DNA from: Lepidodermella squamata
Lineage: Eukaryota; Animalia; Gastrotricha
DNA: 64,000 bases
NCBI GenBank assembly: GCA_047495785.1
Contig: JBLDXI010000016.1
Span: forward strand, 620,001 to 684,000
Direction of reading: 5' to 3'
Shown piece by piece: positions 49,430-62,795 of the stretch (the first letter of the stretch is position 1; the number at the start of each line of letters is the position of its first letter). The position numbers were made by a program, and so were the translations under genes. The notes under the pieces were generated by a model. That model did not search any database. It was not told the origin of the DNA and saw only the letters and a list, made by a program, of their open reading frames with translations.

Positions 49430-49806
49430 GGGTCCCCTACAAAGCAGCAGGCTTCAAAGCAGGATAAACTCAAAAAGCGGTGCGAACGCCACGCAACAAT
49501 AAATCGAATTAATTACGATAAAATTCGGCGTAGTTTTCTGAATATGAACTCATCATAACTTTAGTAGTCCGGCTTATGAATTTTGAAAAAATTTCGAAAA
49601 ACGACTTTTTCGACCAAAGTGAGGTCTGTGTTACATTACGGAGTTTTGATGACTTATATTCCTCAATTTTTGGTGTGAAAAGCTAGAATAGCTGACCATC
49701 ATGTTAGTCCATTGGTTGAAAATCAGAGGCTAAGCCTGAGCGCCTGCTGAGAGGACTGTGTAGTGCGTTTTCCCTGCTTTGAAGCCTGCTGCTCTGTGGG
49801 GGACCC
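49430..49806. mobile_element. MITE-like element with ~34-bp TIRs
   Basis: gggtcccctacaaagcagcaggcttcaaagcagg is inverted at ~49773-49806. No TSD seen. Confidence 0.65.
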
Positions 49807-51304
49807 AAAAATTTAAATTTAAACCGTATGTAATTTGACAATTTTAGATTGCTCATCAAAATTGATGAAATTGAGGTGTGATGGTGTCATATTTTAGGCA
49901 GAATTATTAGACCAAACTTTAAGAGGATTTTCGCAAAATTTAAGAATTTCTATAATTGCGAAATCGATCTCTTATATTTGGGTGTGCCAGGTGCGCACCC
50001 TGAATTTAAGACTCCAGCACTAGATTTCCCTTAAATATGGTTTTTTGAATTTCTAGTCTTCACTAGAATCTCAAATTTGTTTATCATGCCTAACCGATAG
50101 ACGTTCACGTTACATGTATTTCGCGCTATGAGCGGTCAGTTTAAGAATTATTCTTCGACCTATTGAGCCGATATGGATTCCAAGTATCGATTTTGAAAAT
50201 CAGTGATTTTCCCGATTTCAGCCGTCTTGAAACCCAATACGTAGCTTAGAGCATCATGTAGCTGAAATTAATATCCTATAGGATCAGGGAGGGCATCAGT
50301 ATCGATCAACAACCGAAAACGCCGAAATCGCAAAGAATCTGAAAAATTGAGTGCCAGGACGCTTACATTTAGTGCTGAAACCTCATTTTTAATGGCGGAA
50401 ATGTTTGGACCCTTTAAAATTTATCATTTCTATTTACCAGAGAATTTTATACGTGCCGGCCAACCATGTGATCAGGAAATTGCTATTACCTGATGCCGCT
50501 AAATTTGAGTTTTAAACCGCCTTGCAGTGACTAAGTTACAGGGCCCATTAAAAATTCACACAAAAATAAAAACAGCGCTCGTTTGTGTTTTAGTAAAAAT
50601 GATGACGCAACAGCCAAAGTAATTAACATCGATAATTACGAAGTAGCTCGTGTAAATGCGACGGTTCTGCTTTTTTAGTTAAAACTCCATGGGTGTATTT
50701 TTTTATTCAGCCCGGCCTGCCCGAACGCAAAAAAGCCGGGCACTGCCCATGTACATTTTTTTATTCTGCCCGCACAGCCCGACTCACCCGTGTCTTCCGC
50801 GGAGCATTCAGCAATTTTCTCTGGTTTCACTGGAGCGATGAAGCAAAAAATTGACCAGGCACGCAAATTCACAGCAAAAAATCATAAGAATGACTTAATT
50901 TAACTTGAATACGCGATTACAGCCTAACCTAAACTCTGGTCGCTTTATACCGATTTTCCAATTACGGAAGTGATTTTTGGGATTTTCTTGGGGTTACGAG
51001 TTACGAAAAAGGGCCAGTATATCGCGGTGAACGACCTTGACGAGCGCGAAGGAGATCAAGTATTCCATGACAACCTCATCGATACCGAAAACAAACGATT
51101 ACAAATTACAAAATTTGCATTTGACAGGGCTAAATAGTGTCAACTTGAACAATATGCACAATGTACCTGCTTACAATGACGGATGATCCGGCCCTTATTC
51201 ATCATCTAGTGAAGTAGATCGAGCCAGCAATAGTGACTTCTGTTTCCATTGTTGTGTGATATCTCGATTTCTATAGTTAAGTCTTTGATAGTGACAAATT
51301 GGTC

Positions 51305-51660
51305 CTAAATTCTAAATTCTAAATTCAAATATTTATTGTTCATTGACATCATATAAATAGGGGAGACGAAATAAGTGAAAGATATCAATGACGCGGGGTT
51401 ACAAGATTATATGCGCTTGCCGGCGGCAGTGCGCTGCGGACACAAGTGGGCGGGGTGAAGGAATATTTATCGAAGGCAGACAGACATGTAAACACAGCGA
51501 GAGAGAATGGGAAGGGAGAATAAGGGTAGAGAGAAGAGATAGCAAAGGACAGAGGAAGAGGGAGAGGCGGCAAGATCAGACATCGAAAGTGGGTCCAATT
51601 TAGAGATATGATTCAGTAGAAATAGTGACAAAACACTCTTTTACAAAAGACAAAAATGGA
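51305..51660 (-). mobile_element. Probable LINE 3' end
   Basis: The minus strand reads a pyrimidine-rich tract, then CAATAAA and an (AATTTAG)3 tail. Confidence 0.45.
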
Positions 51661-51874
51661 TAGAGACGCCAGAAACAGTGATCCGAGAGGATTTGGTTTG
51701 AGGGGGATAAGGCGATCTCTAATTTAGCCACGATATATATATTTGATGGATCTCTAGAGACAAGAAAATGTACATCCAATCTAAAAGATAGAATAAACTT
51801 TTACTGTTACTTTTTTGCACTTCGTTTTTTAGCAATTGATAAGGCGCCTCGCCAAAGATGTTGTATACAACATA

Positions 51875-51970
51875 CCGTAGTTACCGAAACACAAGCCTGG
51901 GCGGTACTACAAAGAATATCAAAGCTCCGACAAAGAGGTACCGCCTAGGCTTTTATTTCGGTAACTACGG
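51875..51970. mobile_element. 96-bp Tc1/pogo-type MITE
   Basis: TA|CCGTAGTTACCGAAA..AAGCCT ... AGGCTT..TTTCGGTAACTACGG|TA. Confidence 0.85.
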
Positions 51971-52118
51971 TATTATCGCAGATCCTCGGCATTTTTCTTC
52001 ACACAATTAATAATAAACGAGGCTGGGTTAGAAATATTCGCCCTTGATGTAAGAAAAGAATGGCGGGCGATTATACAGTGGGATAAAAACAATTTGTCAT
52101 AGATAGCCGGTGATCAAG

Positions 52119-54794
52119 TTAAACTGCATTAGCAGCAATCCAGTCCAAGTACGATGCCACGCGGGTCTGAACAGCGTAGGTGGAACTGCAGATCTTGAGT
52201 CCGAACGATGTGATACCACACAGCTTATAATAGCCTTGCGAGTAGGACATGACAGGGCCACCAGAATCGCCTTGGCACATTGATGCACCCCCGTCTACGT
52301 AACCTTTTAAAAATAATCAGATTAGCAAAGTCTGATTTCGTCGCGGAAATAATCGTCATGCCTGTGCACATCATCCCGTCGGTTGTGTCGCCGGCACCAT
52401 ATGAAGCTTGACAAGCCGCTTTGCTAGCAATCGGCGTTGTGATGTATCTCAGTACATCCGATATAGCTCCACCGGAATTAGTTACACCCCATCCTGATAT
52501 TCAAATTCCTCAAGTGGAATGTCAAACCCAATGAATATATACTTACCAGCAGTCACAGCTGTCGTTCCAACGCTGCAATCGTCTGAAGCTGATGTTGGGA
52601 GGCAGATTTTCTGAACAGCCCAGTTCGTGAAGTTCAGCGCATCTATAATAACGGTTATATGTTTTTTCTATTTAGGAAAGTTCAGCTTGTCGCAGTGGTA
52701 AATGTGAAACGGATTATTAAGTCCTTGGTTTTGCTTTAGGTTCACAAAGTTAGCTTTCTAACTTGGAGACACACTACACAGGCTACAAACTTGTATAATA
52801 ATTCGATAAAAACTTTAAATTACGTACAAGGCAATTTAATAAGGCCGATATCGTTAACGAGCGTGTCTGCGTTGTATGCAGCGTGATACTTCCAGGACGC
52901 GGCTTGTACTAAGAATTCGCCATCGGAAGCAGTTGTATCGTGTTCAGCGATGGACACACGGATTGAACTTGAAAAATGTAAATTTTGAAAGCTCTGGACA
53001 GAATTTCTATTGGGAGTTACTTGATCGGATTGACGAGGCAATGTGCTGCAGTTAACACATATCTAAGCAAAGAACGACAATCTATCTAGACTACAAATAA
53101 TGGAGAAGGGAAGTTGCCTGCCTTTCGCTAATGATACTGCCGGTGCAATAGCTCGTACCAGCGGGCGAAACAATGCTCAGACGCACAGCCCTGTTGCATA
53201 CACGAGCTACAACAGAGAAGCGCTTATTTAATAACTGCATGACATACCATGGAAATTGATTTTGAAGAGCGACCGAACCTCCGACGATTCCGGAACCAGG
53301 GGCATCTCGACTATTGTAGTACTTAGAATGGCCGCAGGATTTTGAAACGGTAGTCGGTTGAGGTGTCGAAGGCACCAGCTGATCCATGACAGTCTTTATC
53401 CAAGGCAGAGCCATACAGGTTCTCGAACTGTTGGGATATTTAAAATTCAAAATTCAAAATATAAAAAATTAGGTACTGATTCTCGGAATAATCCCCTTTC
53501 ATTTTTCATATTCCGCTATGAGGATTTTTAAGCAACTATTCTTGCAGAAATTCAATTGAGTTCAGAATGTTCTACCCAGAGTAAAATCCGTCCGAAAACG
53601 GGCCGCATACTGACGCAATACTTCAGACCTTAACTCCAAGCAAATTAGGCACCTCCTACTTTCAATTCTCTATCGTTTCTCTTGAAACTCACTAGACTGA
53701 GTCGAGGAAGGTCTGCCCAGAGCTCCTTCCTTGCGAAAACGAGCCGCATAATGAGAACCTAGTTCCGTTGAATGCCACAAGCCCAGCGCCTTGGTCAAAG
53801 CTCCACGGACTGATATTCGACCCAGATACGCCAGCGCATAGCTTGCGATCCGTGATCGGTGTCGCCGTCGATTGATACTGCACTTGGCACGCTGCTCGGT
53901 TCGTTGTCTTCAAAGCTGTCTCCTTCAGAAAAGTTGATGTGCTGGTTGATGTAAGTGATGTGTAACCCCATCCTAAACGAGACGCGAAAAGTGAACAAGT
54001 ACATTTTGGTAGAACCAAACTACCCGCAATGTAGACTGCCGTGCCGTCTGAATTGCAGACGTCAGTGCAGCTGCTTGGCAGGCAGATTGTTTTTACATTC
54101 CAGCCTTTGCTGAAGTTGAGCGGCGTCTTCAGCCTGAGTAACGCGAAATCATAATCTTGGGTTGTCAAGTTGAAGAGAGGGTGCCATGTGTAGTCCTCCA
54201 CATCAACGGATAAGCCTCTATCTGTTGCCGTCCATAAGCTGGCAGAGGTGCCTGATCCGACATAAACCTTGACATATCGCGGGTATCCATAAAACTGCCC
54301 AAAGAAAGCCGTGCTTTTAAAGAAAAAAGTTAATCAACCACTAAACCCATGAATAATCATACTAGAGAGGCGATGCAGCTGTGAGGATATATCTATCACT
54401 AATGATGGCTCCCATGAACATCACCGTTCGGCTATTCGGAATATCTATTGCCACTTGCGCGGTCCAAGGATAGCTGATAAATTTATCAACGTTTGAAAAT
54501 CGTAAATTGCTAAATGTCTCCTTACTAAGTTATCGGGACATCTGAGCCTCCAACGATGCTGGACGAAGACCTCAAGGCGTTGTTCCATAGCAACTCATTC
54601 ACACCGCATTCTGTTATTGTAGCAACATTAGCAGGCGTTGTACTTTGCGCTCGAACAGCCGGGCCGTTGTTCATTTCGACGGCTTTCAAATTCGCAGCAT
54701 CAATTGAAGCAGACGAAGAGCAGGCATCTGATCGACTTACAAAAATCGCAGATAAAAACAAGGCAAGGCTTAAAAGAACTCGGACTGATTTCAT
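52119..54794 (-). CDS. Protease family copy F: secreted protein with an inactive S1A domain and an active S1A protease domain
   Basis: Same 11-exon layout as E, with signal peptide MKSVRVLLSLALFLSAIFV. Domain 2 has IVGG, TAAHC, NDIGL and MCQGDSGG; domain 1 has TAASP and DQGAG. Confidence 0.9.
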
Positions 54795-56691
54795 TTTTAG
54801 ACTTTAATTTGTCAAGAAAAATGTTGTCGAATCGGGAAGAATGAAAAACCTACTCTTCAGAACGCGGGGATCCGCGATGAAGCTGTAGTTATGCTGAAAA
54901 AAACATGAACACGATTAATGCAGATTATCTTCAATCTTGATTAATCTTTTTCATGTTTTTCAGCATCTCTATAAACCTGTCGCCTATTGGCAATGGCTGC
55001 GTCGAAAGTTGCGGACGTTAAAAAAGTGCAATTTAGGCGCATACACTTTAGGGCGATTCGCTTTAGATCGCGCGCACCCCACATTAACGCAACGATTATG
55101 AATAGCAAAAACTGGATGCACGTTCACATTTCTATTGAATTTCTTGCACAAAAAAATCCTGGCCAATTGTCAAGCAAAGAGAGCCGTTAGGCATGAATCA
55201 AGAAGCATGGGGGAATTAAAAAAACGTTTTCGACCGTATTTCATCATTTTTAGTTAAAGTTACGAGGCGGATCTAGACTAAAGTGTCTAATTTTAGATTT
55301 AGTGAAGCATATTTACTGGATTACGGCTTATATAAAAAACATCTAATAAATGCGGCATGTGTGTCAGAACGATCAGCCTGTGTTATATAGTATTATGGTT
55401 TTGGCCTTAATGCACTTAGCCGCAGGCCGGAGGAATCTCCACGATCAAACCAATGCATAAAATCCTTGCATACGCAGTAATTTTTGGCGAATATTACAAA
55501 CATTCTTTTTTCATTTTCAATCGGTTTTCTGTTTGAACGAAAGTGACATTGATAGTCGTAGCCAAGAAGATGCAATATTTCACTGGAATAATGGTGCTCC
55601 AATTCATTCCGTTCCGTTTGAGAGCATCACTATGAGACGCTCTTCTATAAAACTAATCTGGCTTGATCTGGAATCAAGCAATTAAATCATTCGGACGTTA
55701 CGTGAGAATAAGAGCAGTGTAGTATTCATGCGTTTTACTATCCGCTGGGTGATACGCGAAAAGCAAAACCCAAAAATATTAGGGAGCAATGAGCAATTAT
55801 AGACTCAACCGTGATACCGCCCAGAGTCATTTGACGAGCTTGCGCGGCAAGTTAAGATGATCACCTTGGAAGATAAAGCTCAATCTTAAGTTGATTGATG
55901 TTAACTTTTTGCAGTACGCACCCTCGTTACCCTCATCAAGTATCACTTTGGGCACACGACTCAAAAATCAAACGATTGTGATGATTCATCTCGGCAAAAA
56001 TAAGTTTGCTAGCGTGTTACTGAATTTATTTATCTCTGTCTGAAGACCTCGATCTTGAGACTGGTTTAACGCGCGGTTTCTTGTCATTTCAATAACATAA
56101 ATTTATGTTTAAAAATTAAAAATGGGAGAACCGCGATAACAAAAGAAGCGGTAATGCAGCGAATTTTTCAACTTGGGACACCAACAGCAGAAACCTGATG
56201 CATCGGTTACATGGTGAGTTTTCGCTGTTTTGTCGGAAAATAAACCAGAAGCTGTTTTGTCGCATTAGCTGTTTTAGCATATTCTGATTGGCTTCTTTAA
56301 GGGGGATTCAAGCCCAGGCGTCCTTGTACTTCTCATGCATCACCCTGGAGCAACCGGAAAAACAGGGCGGGAACCAAGTCATTCCGAGAATTATTATCGG
56401 TTTATTCGCTTCAGCAGCGGGGAGACGAGAGACATTTTGCGGTGGCTGGTGAAAAAGAATTCCCTATTATATCTATTTCCGAGAACGAAGTTCATGCGTG
56501 AAACGTAGAGCACAAGGTGCTCACAACTAAACGAAAGTAGACAAGGGTCGTCAGTAGATAATACGTTCTCCGACAAGATAAGACTTATTTAGCTGCTTAT
56601 CACGCGAGCTGCGAGCTCTTCGGCTAACTAACTAACTAACTAACCTGTGATGGTTGTCTGTCGCTAAGCGTCAAAAACGGATTTATTTATC

Positions 56692-58993
56692 ATGTTTAAA
56701 TCCGCATCTCAATTTGACGGCTGGGTACGGCTTGGAGGCGGTGGCTTCGGCGATGTATTCTTGTGTACCGATAAGCAGACTTCGAAGAGATATGCCGTAA
56801 AAGAAGTGAACCTATCGAAAATTGAACGGGACAATCGCGACCCGAAAGCAGCTAGAAAATTAATCAAGATGAGCTGCGATGAGGTATGAAATGACGAATC
56901 AAAGTTGAAATGGCGACTTTACAATTCCTCAATATCGTTAGTATAGGAAACTAGAGAAACTTCGCCATCCTAATATTGTATGGGTCTACGGATCGTTCAA
57001 AGGTGAGCTGCAAGAATTCGCAATTCGCTTCATTCGCTAAATAATCTGTTACAGAGTTATTTGAAGGCGAAGATCGGGATCGGAAAGGATGCGAGATATT
57101 TTACTTGGTGCTGGAGTATTGTGAGGGAGGGGACCTGTCCAAACAAATTGAGAATCGGAAAGAGGCGATATCTGAGTTTCAAATCCAGAAATGGGGCCTC
57201 CAAATTGCTTATGCGCTAAAAGCTCTTCATGACAAGAACTTCGTCCATCGTGATATTAAACCGAAAAACATTTTTCTCAGCCGCGATTTGCAAGCAGTCA
57301 AACTGGGCGATTTCGGCATTGCTAAAAATCTTAACGAGTACGTTTCCTTTAAAAACTCTATAATATGAGGAAAGCTAGCACGAGTAATTCTGTAGTGTTA
57401 CTTCTAATACCCTGAAATAATCGGTTGGTTGATCTTGAAAGTGTTTGGTTAATTCCGTAATATTTCTAAGGCTATCGAGGGCTAAGGGCTACCCCAGATC
57501 AGTTTCCTAACGGCACTAGATTCGATATAATTAAATAAATAACTGTTCACCTATGATAACAACTTTAGGGTTCACGCAAGCTCGACAGTTGGCGTGGCTT
57601 CATGGGAATATGCTGCCCCCGAATTTATCATAACGAATGCATTCGAACACCCTTGTGATATCTGGTCCTTGGGCGTAACGCTATTTGAAATTGCGAATTT
57701 TTGTAAACCGGTAAGACCCTGCTGCTTACTGGCCAGCCAGCAAACACATTTTGTTTTACTAGTTCTCCGGAAATAATCTTCCACAATTGTCAATGAATAT
57801 TCTGAGGTGAGCATCTTTTCCAAGGAAATAAGAGGCAAATCATAGTTAACAAATGGGGTTTAGGGATCCTCCGAAGGCTTTCAATGCTTCCTGCGTGTAT
57901 TCTGTCAGTTTCCGGGATTTCATCATGTCACTGCTTGATAAAGATCCGAAAAGTCGACCTAACATCGACCAAGTCTTGGCTAATGACTTCTTCCACCGGG
58001 ATCTATCGGCTGAAAACCAAATATCACCGATTAGTCCTTCATTATCCAAACCATTAATAGTGCCTGAAGTCGATCATAACGAGCCTTCATCAAACTCGTC
58101 ATCGCAGCCTATACGTGATGAAACTAACCCGGGTGGCATTGATTGGAAGTTTTGGAAATCTAGGAAAAAGGTACACGAATTATTCCACGAGCCATGAAAT
58201 AATCGCATATTCTTTTCAGCAATTATTCGAATGCATTCAAGCCGGGAATTTGGACAAGATTACGAAGCTGCTGAGCACACCAAAATATGGCCTCGATGTT
58301 AACGCAACAGATGAGTATGGCAAGACGCCGATGCACAAGGCCACCATCTTCGGCAAAACTGAAGTCATCGAACTTCTGGCAGGGAAATTTAACGCCGATG
58401 TGAACGCAGCAGATGATCGCGGCTGGACGCCATTGCATAGGGCTACTATCTACGGAAAGACTGATGTTGTTGAACTGCTGGCGGGAAAGTTCGAAGCGAA
58501 CGTGAACGCAGCGAATAAAGATGGCTATACCCCTTTGCACTCGGTCGCGGGAGATAGGAAGGTTGAAATTGTCGAGCTTTTAGCTGGAAAGTACAAAGCT
58601 GAGGTCAATGCAACTAACAACACTGGCGAGACTCCTTTGCATAAGTACGCGAGTTGGGGTGATGCTGAACTTGTAGAACTTTTGGCTGGGAAATTCAACG
58701 CCGATGTCAATGCTGCGGATAAGGACGGTCGGACGCCGTTGCACTGTGCAGCATATTGGGGCGAAACAGGTGTTGTAGAACTCCTTGTCGGCAAGTTCAA
58801 AGCTGACGTGAATGCTCGCGATAACGATGGCGTAACGCCGTTGATAATCGCTGCTCGGCGGGAACTGCCTGCTGTTGTGGACGTTCTAGTTAATGAATTC
58901 AGAGCTGATGTTAACGTGATGAACAAAAAGGGCGAAACTGCTCCAATTCCAGCCGTACGTTATAAATATAGGCGATCAAGCCATACAACTTGA
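56692..58993 (+). CDS. NEK-like Ser/Thr protein kinase fused to ~7 C-terminal ankyrin repeats
   Basis: Exons ~56692-56884, 56947-57002, 57055-57337, 57569-57710, 57763-57806, 57864-58170 and 58220-58993 (3' end may splice at ~58954). Motifs: LGGGGFG, YAVKE, HPNIV, LEYCEGGDL, HRDIKPKN, DFG, APE, DIWSLG, then repeated DVNAxDxxGxTPLH. Confidence 0.88.
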
Positions 58994-60207
58994 AAGGAAA
59001 GAACTCAGGACATCCTTCTGTGGTTTTATCATTTTAGGAGCTTCGATTTGCACAGGTTTTGTCATGCCTTAATTGTATTCGCCTTGCGCATCCGATCTTC
59101 TCCGTTGTAGTGTAAGCAAACAAATGCATCACTCTACGTGCCTGCGCCGCCCAGGGTATGATAGTTGGCATCGGAAGGAGTTCGGTTGTTTCAGCTGCGT
59201 TTCGACGCGGCTCGGAGAGCACACGTATTCTTGTTTGGTTTTCGGTTCTATCTTGTTTCTTTTGCAATAAATATTCGTTAAAATGTTGTTTTACCTTACA
59301 ATAAAAAAATGATTTTCTAAGCTGGTTTCTTGCTAACATTTCTCACAGGATTTGTTGCAACCCAGGGCATGTTTCATATTCACAGTCGTCAGTTTAGCCA
59401 ATTTCATGCTTTGTTTTGATGACAGAGTTGGCCGGTTACAGTCGCTCTGCTTGTGAATTGTGAATCACTTGTGAATCAGGCGCGTCATTTGTTGGGCCAA
59501 TAATCAGCGCTGGCACTTTACAACAGTGCTCTGCTCGCTGTACAGCTAACAAGGCGTGCAGGGCTATTGCGATGTATCAAAACAAGTGCAGGCTGCTGGA
59601 CCGATGCACTTCTCAAAATGTAAATGTCCACGCATATAAGGACATTCACAAGATTCACAAGATTCACAAGAAAATCTAAGCCATCTAATGCAAAGTGCTT
59701 CGTACCTGTGGATAGTTCAGAGATGAAGAATGTGAAGGCCTGAAATAATTTGATCGATTTATATAGCGAAAATTTTAAACCAGTGTGCGACTTTCGGCCG
59801 GGCCAGAAAACGAGAATTTATCCCACTGTTTTGTTAATTTTGAAGGTTCTAGAGCTTGTTTTAGTGGAAATCTCCAAAATTTCTCGCTTCGCTCGGTTAT
59901 TCGCCGAAATGAATAGTCGTTTTGGTAAATACAGCAAAGATTTTTTTTCATCCTTGGCAGCTCGGGGATCCAAGATCGCACCGTGTTTTAACAGTATATC
60001 AAGACGAGATTGAGAAACAGAGAAAGCAAAGAGTAGCTAATGTGCGACTTATTAGCTAGCTAATACCGACAATATTTAATGCTAAGAAATCATCTTAGAA
60101 GCTTAATTACGCGAGATCAAAAAATCCTATCCATCGATTTTGAAATACATTTTTAATGATAATTAAAATTAGCCTTGAATAAATAAAATTTGTCATTGGT
60201 AGTCAGC

Positions 60208-62795
60208 TCAAACAGCATTTGTCTTAATCCAGTCGATATAGGCGGCAACTCGCTTGTAAACCGAGTATTTGAGACCGCAACGGGTGTTGCCGAAAGAAGT
60301 TATGCCGCATAGCTTGTAATAGCCCTGCGAGCCCGCCATCATCAACGGACCGCCAGAATCACCCTGACATGTGCTGGCCCCAGAGTTTTCATAATCTATG
60401 AGACATATTAAAACATTAAATTATAATCAATGCGGAGGCTGAACTTGACGAACCTGCGCACACCATAGTATCCTTGACTACGCCGCCAGTAAACGCTGAC
60501 GAGCATGTGCTCGTACTAACAATTGGCATGGTGGCGTATCGTAAAACGTCACTCAATCCACCGAGGAAATTCGTCAGACCCCAGCCTGAAAGACAAGGCA
60601 AAAGGTGAAAATCCCACATATATTAAGGACGCCTCTAACCTGCCGTTGTGGCCAATGTTCCAACTCCACAATCATCTGAGGCTGATGCTGGCAAGCAGAT
60701 TTTTTGCACATTCCGTGTTGAGAAACCAAGAGCGGCTGCATGAAAAAGGGTTTTCTAAACTTCCGAGCCTTATTTGACAGTTGACAGGAATCTTACCAGG
60801 AAGCTCGAATAGCGCGAGGTCGTTTACGTAGGTCGCTGCGTTGAAAGATGGGTGCGGCTTGCAGATTGTACTTGTCACTGAATATTCGCCGCTCTCGGCC
60901 GTATTCGTCCGATTGTGTTCGCCGACGTAAATAATAGCGGACCTTTATAATTAAGTCACGTTTTGAAAACGCGAAACAAAACTTGATGGATTACGAGAAA
61001 GTTTACCCGGCTACTACCCGGCTACTACAACACAATGGGCGGCTGTTAGAACGTATCTGCAAAACATTATCTAATATTCGCCTACGGAATATTCGCCACT
61101 GACGCCCCCAGTAGTCCGATTATGTTCTCCAACGTAAATTATAGCGGACCTTCATAATCAAATTATCAATTTTGAAAATGGATAATCGCAGCTTGATGGA
61201 TTACGTGAAGGTTTTCCCGGCTATTACAACGCAATGGGCAGCTGTTAGAACGTATCTGCAAAACATTCGCCTAAGCGAAACTGAATTAAGGTTGTAAAAT
61301 TACCTGTCACTGTTTATGCTTCCAGCGCACCATGAAGCCGTTCCATCAGTGAATGATATCAGAAGTCGAACAGTCCTATATAAATAAAAACATCTGATTG
61401 AAGACTTAAATATAAGCGTTCTCTCTCTAACCAAGGGAATTGATTGGGAAGAGCTATTGAACCTGCCACAATACCAGATCAAGGCGCATCTCTGCTGTTG
61501 TAGTACTTGGAATGGCCACAAGTACTAGCCACATTTGTTGGAGTTGGTGTTGATGGAACTTGCTGGTTGATAACGTGCTGTATCCAAGGCAAGGCCATGC
61601 ACAGACGTGAACTGTAATTAAGTATGCGAGAATAGGTGTGAAAATTGCAAGTAGCGCAGCAACTTACAACACTGAATCGAAATAAAACGAAGCGGAGCCA
61701 GAATCGTACACGTAGGAAAACGCACCACACAGTGTGTAACGTGTTCCGTTGAACACCGTCAATCCTGCCCCGACGTCGTAAGCCCAAGGGATGTATCTGT
61801 TAGAATTGGTAGCACAAAGCTTCGCATCTATAACTGGGGCAGTTGAAGAGCTGTATTGAGCCTGACAACTAGCTCTGTTCGAGATTTTCAACGTTCGCAC
61901 TCTTTAAAGTTGGTGATCTCAAAGACGAGGAAACCGATGTTGAACCCCAGCCTGATCGAGAGATAAATTGAAAAAATTCACATCCTGAACCCTAGGACGT
62001 ACCAACAACAGAAGCCGAGGTCGATTCGGTGTTACACGTATCTGAACATGAGGTTGGAAGGCAGATAGATTTGACAGCCCAACTTTTGCTTAAATCAATG
62101 GCAGAGGAAAGCTTGATGATGGCAAAATCCTAATTCCGATTGGTTGCATCAAACTGCGGATGCCACGAAAAGTCCTCAGCCGTTATCGAAAATTCAGTAG
62201 ATTCGACGATTTGAGAGTTAACATCTCCAAAAAACGCTCGAACGTGCGATGGAAAATTATTCGAGTTCTGATTGAACAATACGCTTTTGAAGAAAATTAA
62301 CTAAGAGTGAGCTCGGTTGGTTTTATGGTCTTACTACAAAGGGCCTGCTGTGGTCAAAAGATATCTGTCGCCGATGATTGTTGCGCTGAAATTGTATGAA
62401 TCTTGCATACTCGGAGTCTTGACCACCAGACGGGCATTCCACGGATATCTGACAAAGGGACCTCTGTATCACTACTTTCCTAAATAGAGCAATTCGACTC
62501 ACGCGTAAAGAGGAGCATCCACTCCGCCAAGTATTCCTATCCCACTCCGACTCGAAGTATTGAACATAAAAGTATTTAATCCACATTCTGTTGGTATCTT
62601 AGGCGGTGTGGTGGTAGTTACGGGCGGAGCCTGAGTGGTAGTCGGAGTCGTAACCGTTGTCGACGCTCGAACTCGAAGGCCTGGCCCGTAGTTTTCTATT
62701 ATAGAACTCGGCAAAGGGGGGCATGCTTGGTTTCGATAGGCCCCAAGGACTGCGAGAATTCCGAGAACAAGATTAGCTGCGAGTCTCAGCTTCAA
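60208..62795 (-). pseudogene. Protease family copy G (most divergent), pseudogene
   Basis: Same exon order with TAAHC, NDLAL and GDSGG. Lesions: in-frame TAG at 62130-62132, a 1-nt frameshift near 61895, TGA at 61479-61481, and TTG at the expected start position. Confidence 0.82.
60880..61275 (-). repeat. Diverged ~200-bp tandem duplication of exon 7 and the start of exon 8 within copy G
   Basis: YVLTAAHC appears twice (~61030-61057 and ~61230-61257) with duplicated intron sequence. Confidence 0.85.

Noticed and set aside
56625-56645. (CTAA)n run, plus the ttcacaaga x3 repeat near 59645
   Set aside because: Simple short repeats with no supporting structure.
58223-58926. Antisense ORFs over the ankyrin exon, and similar shadow ORFs over protease and transposase genes
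   Set aside because: Shadow frames of real coding sequence on the opposite strand.
61479-62132. Stop-codon readthrough or recoding in copy G
   Set aside because: Two different stops, a frameshift and a probable lost start indicate ordinary pseudogenisation.
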